Assembly: GCA_963785725.1 (NCBI GenBank)
Contig: CAWAWS010000015.1
Span: 320,001-384,000 of the forward strand
DNA: 64,000 nt
Direction: 5' to 3'
Origin: an uncultured delta proteobacterium
GTDB taxonomy: Bacteria > Myxococcota_A > Polyangia > Palsa-1104
Part shown: piece after piece, positions 8,694-18,208 of the stretch
Position numbering within the stretch: position 1 is the first letter of the stretch
Layout of the letters: each line of letters opens with the position of its first letter
Made by a program: the position numbers and the translations under genes
Notes under the pieces: model-generated
Database searches by the model: none
What the model was told of the DNA's origin: nothing
The model's input: the letters and a program-made list of their open reading frames with translations, nothing else

Positions 8694-9541
8694 GCGGTAT
8701 TCTCTATGTCGTCGGCATCGGGCCGGGCGCGGCCGAGCACACGACGCCGGCGGCGCTGGCGGCCATCGCCGACGCCGAGCTCGTCGTCGGCTATCGCACG
8801 TACATCGGGCTCGTCCAGCACCTCATCGACGGCAAGGAGGTCGTGCAGACGGGCATGACCGAGGAGATCGGCCGCGCGCGGGCGGCGGTCGAGCGGGCGC
8901 GCGACGGCGGCGAAGGTGGCGCTGATCTCGTCCGGCGACGCCGGCGTCTACGGCATGGCCGGCCTGGTCTTCGAGGTGCTGCGCGAGATCGGCTGGAAGC
9001 GGGGCGAGTCGCCCGAGCTGCGGATCATTCCGGGCATGACGGCGCTCAACTCCTGCGCGTCGCTGCGTCGGGGCGCCGCTCGTGCACGACTTCTGCGCGA
9101 TCTCGCTCTCGGACCTGCTGACGCCGTGGCCGGTGATCGAGAAGCGCCTCAGGCGGCGGCGGCGGCCGACTTCGTCATCGGGCTCTACAACCCGGCCAGC
9201 GGACGGCGCACGCGGCAGATCGTCGAGGCGCAGCGCATCTTGCTCGCGCATCGCGCGCCCGAGACGCCGGTGGCGCTGGTCAAGAGCGCGTACCGCGAGC
9301 TCGAGCAGATCGTGCTGACCGACCTCGATCACTTCCTCGGACTACGAGATCGGCATGCTGACGACGGTGCTCATCGGGAGCTCGCAACACGTTCATGTTC
9401 GAGGGCTACATGGTCACGCCGCGCGGCTACACGAACAAGTACACCTGGGACGGCGAGGTGCGGCCGGGGCAAAAGCCGGCGCGCTCGCTGGTCGTCGACG
9501 GAGCGCTGCCGACGGCGCCGCTGGCGAAGGCGAGCGAATGA
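8690..9541 (+). CDS. cbiH: Precorrin-3B C17-methyltransferase (several apparent frameshifts)
   Basis: [61 protein letters not shown] found across successive frames. Confidence 0.9.
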
Positions 9542-9920
9542 TGGCGCGCGTCGGGCGTTACAAAGGCGCGATCGTCGTCGAGACGAGCGGCGCGCAGTGG
9601 CTGGTCGGCAATCCCAAAGAGCCGTGCGCGGAAGTGCCGGATACGCTGGAGGCGCCTTATGTTCGCGTGCTCGCGACGACGGTGCCGCTCGCGTGCCCGG
9701 CTTCGTCGTCGACGGTGAAGAGGGGGCCGCGCTGGCGCTGGCGCTCGCCGGCAAGCTCGTCATCGCGCGCAACGGCAGCGTCTCGGAGCGGCTGTGGCGG
9801 CTCGTGTACGCGGCGAAGCGACCACGGGCGAGCCGCGCTTGCGAGTGGCTGGCCGGCGAGATGCCGGCAGCCGATCTGGGAGATCGTCCGCGACACAAGT
9901 CCTCGTGCAGGAGCTCATGA
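9538..9920 (+). CDS. Hypothetical protein inside the cbi operon (apparent frameshifts)
   Basis: [25 protein letters not shown].. continuing in another frame as ..LVIARNGSVSERLWRLV..IWEIVRD; ATGA overlaps at both ends. Confidence 0.55.
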
Positions 9921-10696
9921 GGTGCTACATCATCGGCGCCGGCCCCGGCGATCCCGAAGCTCATCACCGTCAGCGGCGCAGAGCTCATCGCGCGCTGCCC
10001 GGTCGTCTTCTACACGGGCTCGCTCGTGCCCGAGGCGGTCATCGCGCGCGCTCGCAAAGACGCCAAGGTGCTCGACTGCTCGGGCATGACGCTCGACGAA
10101 ATCGTCGCCGTCATCGTCGCCGCGCGCGACGCCAGCCAGGACGTCGCGCGCGTGCACACCGGCGATCCGTCGGTCTTCGGCTCGACGGCGGAGCAGATGC
10201 GGCGCCTGCACGAGCTCGGCATCGAGTGCGAGATCGTGCCCGGCGTGTCGTCGTTCTCGGCGGCGGCGGCGGCCATCGGCAAAGAGCTGACCCTGCCCGA
10301 GCTGTGTCAGACGGTCATCCTGACGCGCGCCGAAGGGCGGACGCCGATGCCGCCCGACGAGAAGCTCGAGGATCTGGCGCGTCACCGGGCGACCCTCTGC
10401 CTGTTCCTGTCGCATCACGCTGATGAAGGACGTGTCGACGGCGCTGACCCCGTCGTACGGCGCCGATTGCCCGGTGGCGGTCGTGCACAAGGCGTGGTGG
10501 CCCGATCAGCAGATCGTGTGGGCGACCGTCGGTGACATGGCGGAGCAGGTGGAAGCGGCGGGGTTGAAGGCGACGTGCATGGTGCTGGTCGGGCGCGTGC
10601 TTGACGGCCGAGGACTTCGCCGACTCGCGCCTGTACGCGCCGGAGTTTTCGCATGGTTTTCGGCGGGCGCGGCCGCGCGCGGGTGTCACGCGATGA
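9917..10696 (+). CDS. cbiF: Precorrin-4 C11-methyltransferase (apparent frameshifts)
   Basis: IIGAGPGDP, YTGSLVP, VARVHTGDPSVFG, ELTLPELCQTVILTR, CPVAVVHKA, SRLYAPEFSHGFR. Confidence 0.92.
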
Positions 10697-12141
10697 CGAT
10701 GGGCTTCGTCCATCTCGTCGGCGCGGGCCCGGGCGATCCGGCGCTGTTGACGGTGCGCGCGCGCCAGCTCCTCGACGGCTGCGATGTCGTGGCTTACGAC
10801 GAGCTGTGCTCGGACGCGCTCTTGGCCGGCGTGCCGGCGACGGCCGAGCTGTTGCCGGTCGGTCGGCGCGCCAATGATGGGCAGAGCCGCGAAGGTTGTC
10901 TGCATCCGGCGGTGCTCGAGCGTGCGCGAGCGGGCAAGCGCGTCGTGCGGTTGAAGGCGGGCGATCCGCTGATCTTCGGGCGCGGCGGCGAAGAGGCCGA
11001 GGAGTTGGCGGCTGCGGGCGTGCCGTTCGACATCGTCCCCGGCGTGTCGGCGGCGCTGGGCGCGGCGGCCTATGCCGGCATTCCGCTGACCCATCGCCAT
11101 CTGTCGTCGTCGGTTGCGTTTGCGACGGGCCACGAAGGCGAAGGCGCGCCCGACGCCGGCACGCTCGTCTTGTACATGGCGGGCAAGAAGTTGGCGGCGA
11201 ACCTGGCGCGCGTCATCGCCGACGGGCGCGCGGCGACGACGCCGGCCGCGTACGTCGCGTCGGCGACGACGGCACGGCAGCGGGTCATCGTCGGCACGCT
11301 GGCCGATTTGCCGGCGCGCGTGGCCGCCGCCGACGTCGACGCGGCGGCGCCGGCGCTCGTCATCGTCGGCGACGTCGTGGCCTTGCGCGACAAAGTCGGC
11401 TGGCGCGAAAAGCGGCCGCTTGCGGGTCGGCGTGTGCTCGTCGGCCGCGCGCGCCCCGGCCGCTCGCAGCTGACGGCGCGTCTGACCGCGCTCGGCGCCG
11501 AAGTCGTGGAGGCGCCCGACGTCAGCGTCGCGCCGCCCGCCGACTGGACGCCGTTCACCCACGCGCTCGAGGCGCTCGATCTCGTCGATGCCATCGTCTT
11601 CGCCAGTGCCGAAGCGGTGACGGCGACGGTGGCGCAATTGGGCGCGCTCGGTCGCGACCTGCGCTCCTTGCCCTGGCTGCCGTTCGTCGCCGTCGGCCTA
11701 CCCACCGCCGAGGCGCTGCGCCGGCATGGCCTCGTGCCGGCCATCGTCGCGCCGGGCGCCTGCGCCGATGCGCTCGCCGGCCACGCGGCGCTGGCGTCCG
11801 GTCGGCTGCTCGTGCTCGCCGATGACAGCGGCCGCCCGCAGCTGGCCGCGGAGTTGCGCGCGCTCGGGGCGCGCGTCGACGTCGTCGCCGTCTATCGGCA
11901 CGCGCTGTCGTGGCCGCGCTTGCGCGATCTGCAGTTCGATCTCGTCATCGCGCCCTCGTCGTCGGCGGCGCAGCATCTGGCCGACGGTCCGTACGGCGCC
12001 GAATTGCGCGCGCAGCGCTGGCTGGCGATGGGCCCTTTGACCGAAGCCGCCGCGCAAAAGCTGGGCGTCCGCACCATCCAGCGCGCCGCCAGCGACGACG
12101 TCGCCAGCTTGGCCGCGCGCGCCGAGGAGCTTTTGGCATGA
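10693..12141 (+). CDS. cobA: Uroporphyrinogen-III C-methyltransferase / uroporphyrinogen-III synthase fusion (CobA-HemD)
   Basis: HLVGAGPGDPALLT, VVRLKAGDPLIFGRGGEEA, GIPLTHR; C-terminal PLAGRRVLVGRA..LGAEV HemD-like half. Confidence 0.9.
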   Translation: MTMGFVHLVGAGPGDPALLTVRARQLLDGCDVVAYDELCSDALLAGVPATAELLPVGRRANDGQSREGCLHPAVLERARAGKRVVRLKAGDPLIFGRGGEEAEELAAAGVPFDIVPGVSAALGAAAYAGIPLTHRHLSSSVAFATGHEGEGAPDAGTLVLYMAGKKLAANLARVIADGRAATTPAAYVASATTARQRVIVGTLADLPARVAAADVDAAAPALVIVGDVVALRDKVGWREKRPLAGRRVLVGRARPGRSQLTARLTALGAEVVEAPDVSVAPPADWTPFTHALEALDLVDAIVFASAEAVTATVAQLGALGRDLRSLPWLPFVAVGLPTAEALRRHGLVPAIVAPGACADALAGHAALASGRLLVLADDSGRPQLAAELRALGARVDVVAVYRHALSWPRLRDLQFDLVIAPSSSAAQHLADGPYGAELRAQRWLAMGPLTEAAAQKLGVRTIQRAASDDVASLAARAEELLA

Positions 12142-12194
12142 GCGAACGTCAGCGCGCGGAGCGACCGATTTGGTCACGGGGTATCGGCGGATGA
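12138..12194 (+). CDS. Putative bridging mini-ORF (18 aa, MSERQRAE...)
   Basis: ATGA overlaps with both the cobA-hemD stop and the cobO start. Confidence 0.45.
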   Translation: MSERQRAERPIWSRGIGG

Positions 12195-12721
12195 GCGACG
12201 GCAAACCGGACGGCATCGTCATCGTCTACACCGGCAACGGCAAGGGCAAGACCACGGCGGCGTTGGGCTTGGCCTGGCGCGCGATGGGCCGCCAGCTCCC
12301 CGTCGCCGTCGTGCAGTTCATCAAAGGCAAGTGGAAGACGGGCGAGCGCAGCTTCGCCGAGCAGCTGCCGCAGCTCACGTTCCGCGTGATGGGCCTCGGC
12401 TTCACCTGGGACTCCGACGATCTGTCGCGCGACGCCGCGGCCGCCAAAGCCGCGTGGGCCGAGGCGCGCACGCTCATCGCGGCCGGCGCGCACGACGTCG
12501 TCGTCCTCGACGAGCTGACCTACGCCGTCAATTACGGCTTCGTCGCGCTGGCCGAGCTCCTGGCGACGCTGGCGGAGCGACCGCGCCACGTCACCGTCGT
12601 CATCACCGGCCGCAACGCGCCCGACGAGCTCGTCGCCGCCGCAGACTTGGTCACCGAGATGAAATCGATCAAGCACCCCTTCAGCGCGGGCAAAAAGGCG
12701 TTGCCCGGCGTGGACTACTGA
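12191..12721 (+). CDS. cobO: Cob(I)yrinic acid a,c-diamide adenosyltransferase
   Basis: YTGNGKGKTTAALG, VQFIKG, VVLDELTYA, VITGRNAP, ADLVTEM..KHPF. Confidence 0.95.
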   Translation: MSDGKPDGIVIVYTGNGKGKTTAALGLAWRAMGRQLPVAVVQFIKGKWKTGERSFAEQLPQLTFRVMGLGFTWDSDDLSRDAAAAKAAWAEARTLIAAGAHDVVVLDELTYAVNYGFVALAELLATLAERPRHVTVVITGRNAPDELVAAADLVTEMKSIKHPFSAGKKALPGVDY

Positions 12722-14089
12722 TGACGGCGCGGCTCGTCATCGCGGGCACGTCGAGCGGCGTCGGCAAGACGACGGTGACGCTGGCGTTGGCGGCGGCCTT
12801 GCGCGCGCGTGGCCTGCGCGTGGCGGCGTTCAAGTGCGGGCCCGACTATCTCGACCCGACGTATCACGCTCGCGCGACCGGCGGCAAGAGCCACAACCTC
12901 GACGGCTGGATGATGGGCCGAGACGCGGTGCTGGCGACGTTCGCGCGCGCTTGTGCCGCTGCCGATGTCGCGATCATCGAAGGTGTCATGGGCCTCTACG
13001 ACGGCGCGTCGCCCGACGGTGAAGAGGGCTCGGCCGCCGAGATCGCCAAGTGGCTGGCGGCGCCGGTGCTGGCCGTCGTCGACGCCGGCGGCATGGCGCG
13101 CACGATCGCCGCCGTCGGCGTCGGCCTGCGCGCGTTCGATCCCGAGCTGCGGCTGGCCGGCCTCGTCGCCAACCGGCTCGGCTCGCGCGGTCACCTCGAT
13201 CTGCTCAAGCGCGCCTGTCTGCCGCACGTGCCGGTCATGGGCGGCTTGCCGCGCGACGCCGCGCGCGCGTTTCCCGAGCGCCACTTGGGGCTGCGCACCG
13301 CCGATGCCGAGGTCGTGCCCGACGCGCTCGTGCAGGCGTGGGCCGCGACGTTCGCCGAGTGGAACGACGTCGACGCCTGGCTCGCGCTCGCCCGCTCGGC
13401 GCCGCCGCTCGACCTCCCGGCCGTCGCCGCGCCGGCGCCGACCGCGCGTCGCTGCCGCATCGCCATCGCCCGCGACGCCGCCTTTCACTTCTACTACGAC
13501 GACAACTTGGCGCGCCTGCGAGGCCTTGGGCGCCGAGCTGGTCCCGTTCTCGCCGCTCGCCGACGCGCAGCTGCCCGCCGTCGACGGCGTCTACTTGGGC
13601 GGCGGCTATCCCGAGGCGCACGCCGCGCAGCTGGCCGCCAACGCGCCGATGCGCGCCGCTTTACGCGCCTTCGCCGCCGCCGGCGGGCCCATCTACGCCG
13701 AATGCGGCGGCCTCATGTACCTCGGCGACGCCATCCGCACGCTCGACGGCACGACGCACCCGATGCTCGGCCTCGTCGCCGGCACCGCCGTCATGCACGA
13801 CAAGCTGCAGGCGCTCGGCTACGTCGAGGTCGAGACGCAGCGCCGCACCTTGCTCGGCGGCGCCGGCCTGCGCATGCGCGGCCATCAATTCCGCTATTCG
13901 ACGCTGCAAGGCGGCGCCGGCGACGCCTACAGCATCCGCAAACGCCGCGGCGGCTCGGTCGAGCTCGAGGGCTACGGCAGCGGCAACATCTTGGGCTCGT
14001 ACGTACACGTCCATTGGGCGTCGAATCCGCTCGTCGCCGAAGGCTTCGTCACCGCTTGCACCCGCTTTGCCGAGGAGCGCGCCACATGA
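12721..14089 (+). CDS. cbiA: Cobyrinate a,c-diamide synthase (one apparent frameshift near 13519)
   Basis: SSGVGKTT, FKCGPDYLDP, IEGVMGLYDG, ERHLGL, DAAFHFYY, then LGGGYPE, YAECGGLMYL, SYVHVHW. Confidence 0.95.
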
Positions 14090-14802
14090 TGCTGCCGTCG
14101 CTGCCCACGCTCGAGGATGAGGGTCGCCTCTTGGTCGTACGCTTCGAGAGGCCGCAGCGCACGCTGTCGTCGGCGATCGTCGGCGGCGGGTTCGGTCGCG
14201 CGCGCGCCGTCGCCTGGCGCTTCGTGCGCAACGCCGAGCTGCCGCACGACGTCGACCCGGCGGCGCTGCTCGACCGCGCGCTGACCGAAGCCGGCCTCGT
14301 CGAAGCCGTGGGCATGTTGACGGCGCGCGATCTGTCGCGCTTCGAGTGTGTGACCGAGGAGTCGGGCGGTCTCGGCGCGCGCGCCGTGGCCACCGTCGGC
14401 CTCGGCAACGCCGTCGCCGCCGGCGATCCGCCCGGTCCGCTCGCCGTCGGCACGATCAACGTGCTCGTGCAGCTGTCGCAGCCGCTCACCGATGGCGCGT
14501 TCGTCGAAGCGCTGGCGCTGGCTGCCGAAGCGCGCACGGCCGCGGTCATGGAGGCGCGCGTCTTGAGCCGGCGCTCCTGTCGCTGGGCGACGGGCACCGG
14601 CACCGACTGTCTCGTCGTCGCCGCGCCCATCGCCGCCGACGAGACCGCGCTGCATTACGTCGGCAAGCACACGCTGCTCGGGTCGCTGGCGGGCGCGGCC
14701 GTGTACGCGGCGGTGGGCGCGGGCGTGCGTCGGTGGATCGCCGAGCAGCAAGCGCCAGTGCCGCCGAGCGCGAACGAGAAGCCGCAGACGAGGGCGCATT
14801 GA
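14086..14802 (+). CDS. cbiZ: Adenosylcobinamide amidohydrolase
   Basis: LSSAIVGGG, VGMLTA, ATVGLGNA, GTINV, EARTAA, ATGTGTDC, GKHT motifs. Confidence 0.88.
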   Translation: MMLPSLPTLEDEGRLLVVRFERPQRTLSSAIVGGGFGRARAVAWRFVRNAELPHDVDPAALLDRALTEAGLVEAVGMLTARDLSRFECVTEESGGLGARAVATVGLGNAVAAGDPPGPLAVGTINVLVQLSQPLTDGAFVEALALAAEARTAAVMEARVLSRRSCRWATGTGTDCLVVAAPIAADETALHYVGKHTLLGSLAGAAVYAAVGAGVRRWIAEQQAPVPPSANEKPQTRAH

Positions 14803-15740
14803 CGGCGACGACCGAGGCGCTCGTCGTGCTCGGCGGCGCGTTGGCGCTCGACGTGTTCGTGGGCGAGCCGCCGAACGCGCTGCATCCGGTCGTGTGGATG
14901 GGGCACTACTATCGCGCGCTGCGCCGGCGCGCGCCCAAGTCGCCGGCGGCCGCGTTCGCTTACGGCGCGTTCATGGCGCTGTCGGGCCCGCTGTTGTTTG
15001 CCGTCGCGGCTTATGCCGCGGCGCGGGTGTCGGCGCCCTGGCCGTGGCTGCGCGTCGCGCTCGAGGCGTGGCTGCTCAAGTCGGCCTTCGCCATTCGCGC
15101 GCTCGGCGGCGCCGCGGTCGTCGTCGCGCGGGCGCTCGCCGCCGGCGATTTGGCGGGCGCGCGCCTCGGCCTGCGCAGCCTCGTGTCGCGCGACTGCTCG
15201 GCGCTGCCGGCGCCGCTCTTGGCCGCCGCCGCCGTCGAGTCGGTAGCCGAGAACGCCTCCGATTCGCTGGTCGCGCCGCTGGTCTATTTCGTCGTCGGCG
15301 GCGTGCCGGCGGCGCTGGCCTATCGCGCCTGCAACACGCTCGACGCCATGATCGGCTATCACGGCGAGACCGAGTGGCTCGGCAAGGCGGCGGCGCGCCT
15401 CGACGATGTGGCCAACCTCGTGCCGGCGCGGTTGACGGCTCTCTGCATCGTCGTCGCCAGCGGGCTTTTCCCAGCCGGCGGCGCCTCGGCGGTGGGTGCT
15501 TGGCGCTGCTGGTGGCGCGACGGCGGCCGCACCGAGAGCCCGAACGCCGGCCGGCCGATGGCGGCGATGGCCGGCGCGCTCGGCGTGCAGCTGGAAAAGG
15601 TCGGTCACTATCGGCTCGGCGACGGCGAGGCCGTCCTCGGCGCCGCCGCCATTTCGCGCGCGGTGACGCTCTTGTATGTCGCCTGCGCGCTGGCGTCGGC
15701 CCTGGCCGCGGCGGCGATCGTGTGGGTGCGACGTGGCTGA
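14799..15740 (+). CDS. cbiB: Adenosylcobinamide-phosphate synthase
   Basis: GEPPNALHPVVWMG, LVSRD, ESVAENASD, YRACNTLDAMIGY, AARLDD, SPNAG. Confidence 0.93.
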   Translation: MTATTEALVVLGGALALDVFVGEPPNALHPVVWMGHYYRALRRRAPKSPAAAFAYGAFMALSGPLLFAVAAYAAARVSAPWPWLRVALEAWLLKSAFAIRALGGAAVVVARALAAGDLAGARLGLRSLVSRDCSALPAPLLAAAAVESVAENASDSLVAPLVYFVVGGVPAALAYRACNTLDAMIGYHGETEWLGKAAARLDDVANLVPARLTALCIVVASGLFPAGGASAVGAWRCWWRDGGRTESPNAGRPMAAMAGALGVQLEKVGHYRLGDGEAVLGAAAISRAVTLLYVACALASALAAAAIVWVRRG

Positions 15741-16726
15741 GCGGCGCTTGCCGGCGCCGCGCCCCGAGCTGCGTGCGCTGCCGCCGGCCGTGCATGGCGG
15801 CGACGCGCCCGACGGCGTCGTCGACTGCTCGACCGGCGTGTCACCGCTGCCGCCGCCGCCGGCCGTGCTCGCCGCCATCGCCGCCGCCGATGTCACGCGC
15901 TATCCGCATCCGACGGCGCTGCCGCTGCGTCGCGCCATCGCCGCCGCGCACTCGGTCGACGTCGACTGCGTCGTCGCCGGCGCCGGCTCGGTCGAGCTCA
16001 TCTGGGCCTTGGCGCGCGCGTTCGGCGGCCCCGCGCGTCGCGTCGGCTATGTCGCGCCCGCGTTCGCCGAGTATGCGCAGGCGGCGCGCGCGTCCGGCGC
16101 CGAGGTGCTCGCCGTCGCCGACGCCGACGACGCGCGGCTCGCCGACGTCGACCTGGCCTTCGTCGCGCGGCCGGGCAATCCGACGCTGGCGCTGCCGACG
16201 CTGACGACGCTCACGGCGCCGCTTGACGATCGTGGACGAAGCCTATTTGCCGCTGTGCCAAGACGTGCAGCCGATGCAGCCGACGCCGCACGTCGCGGTC
16301 TTGCGCTCGCTCACGAAGCTGTTCGCGCTGCCGGGTTTGCGGCTCGGCTATCTCGTCGCCGACCGGCCGGTGGCCGCGGCGGTGCGCGCGGCGCTGCCGC
16401 CGTGGAATGTGTCGCAGCCGGCCATCGCCGCCGGCCTGGCCGCGCTCGCCGAGCCGACGGCGCCGGTGCGCGCGGCCATCGCAGCGCTGCGCGGCAGGCT
16501 GGTCGCGCGTCTGGCCGCGCTGCGCGCCGGCGTCGTCGCCGCCAACGGCACGTTCGTCGTCGTCGACGTCGGCGATGCGGCGGCGTTTTCGGCGGCGCTG
16601 CTCGCGCACGGCGCCCGCGTCCGCGACTGCACGAGCTTCGGCCTGCCGTCGCTGGTGCGCGTCGGCGTGCGCAACGACGACGATCAGGCGCGCCTCGTCG
16701 CCGCCTGGCGCCAGGTCATCGCATGA
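15733..16726 (+). CDS. cobD: Threonine-phosphate decarboxylase (PLP class I/II; apparent frameshift near 16225)
   Basis: HGG, RYP, GAGSVELI, PAFAEY, PGNPT, VDEAY, LRSLTKLFALPGLRLGY, VRDCTSFG. Confidence 0.85.
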
Positions 16727-18208
16727 CGAAGCCGGCACGCACCATCATGATCCAAGGGACCGCGTCGTCGGTGGGCAAGAGCCTGCGTGACGACGGCGCT
16801 GTGTCGTATTTGGGCGCGGCGTGGGCTGCGCGTGGCGCCGTTCAAGTCGCAGAACATGGCGCTCAACTCGGCGGTGACGCCCGACGGCGGCGAGATCGGC
16901 CGCGCGCAGTGGGCGCAAGCCGAGGCGGCGCGGCGCGCGTCCGCACGTCGACATGAACCCGATCCTGCTCAAGCCGGAGTCGACCTCGGCGTCGCAGGTG
17001 GTGGTGCTCGGTAAACCCATCGGCAGCATGCATTTCGGCGCCTATCACCGACAGAAGCCGGAGCTGCGCGGCGTCGTCGGCGCGGCGCTCGACCGGCTGC
17101 GCGCGGCCTACGAGCTCGTGGTCATCGAAGGCGCGGGCTCGCCGGCCGAGGTGAACCTGCAAAGATCGCGATCTCGTGAACATGTGGGTGGCGGAGCGCG
17201 CCGATGCGCCGGTCATCCTGGTGACCGACATCGAGCGCGGCGGGGCGCTGGCGGCGATCGTCGGCACCTTGGCCGCTGCTCGACGACCATGAGCGAGCGC
17301 GCGTGCGAGCGATCATCGTCAACAAGTTCCGCGGCGATCCGGCGCTGTTCGTCGACGGCGTGAAGTTCTTGGAGGCGCGCACGGGCGTGCCCGTCGCCGG
17401 CGTCATTCCGCACCTCGGCGACGCGCGCATCGCCAGCGAGGACTCGCTCGACCTTTTGCCGGCGCGCTCGGGACGAGGCGCGCGGACAATCGCCATCGTG
17501 AAGCTGCCGCGGCTGTCCAACTTCGACGAGTTCGAGCCGCTGCAGCGGATGTCGTCCTTACGCGTGCGCTTCGTCGAGCGGCCGGACGAGCTCGGCGACG
17601 CCGCGCTGGTGATCGTGCCCGGCACCAAATGCACCGTGGCCGATCTGGCGTGGCTGCGGCAAACGGGCCTGGCCGGCGCCATCGTCGCGCGCGCGGCCGC
17701 CGGCGGCGCCATCTTGGGCATTTGCGGCGGCTATCAGCTGCTGGGCGAGCGCATCCTCGATCCCGAAGGCGTCGAGTCGCGCGAGCCCGAAGTCGCCGGC
17801 CTCGGCCTGTTGCCCGTCGAGACCATCTTCCAGCGCGACAAAGTCACGCATCCGGTGCGCGTGCGGCTCGGCGACGGCGTCCCGCTGCTCGACGGCGCCG
17901 GCGGCCAGACGCTCGCCGGCTACGAGATCCACTGCGGCCGCGTCGCGATGACCCAAGACGCGGCCGGGCAGGGCGCGCGGCCGTTCGCGCGCGTCGTCCG
18001 CCGCGGCGACGACAGCGCCGACGAGCGCGAAGGCTGCATCCGCGGCGCCGTCGCCGGCACGCTCGTGCACGGCCTGTTCGAGAACGACCTCGTGCGCGCC
18101 GTCATCGACGGCGACGCCAGCTCGGCGAGCGATCCCTACGAGACGCTCGCCGATCACTTCGAGCGCGCCCTCGACATGCGTCACCTCGATGCGTTAGTGG
18201 GGCTATGA
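16723..18208 (+). CDS. cobQ: Cobyric acid synthase (several apparent frameshifts 16785-17280)
   Basis: [75 protein letters not shown]. Confidence 0.93.

Noticed and set aside
7547..9121. CbiG-CbiH fusion suggested by the ORF track
   Set aside because: An extra base near 8604 joins two frames; the shifted frame gives a normal CbiG end with a GTGA overlap to cbiH
12331..14802. CbiA-CbiZ fusion (823 aa ORF)
   Set aside because: Artefact of the frameshift near 13519; the CbiA C-terminus is in another frame and ends at 14089
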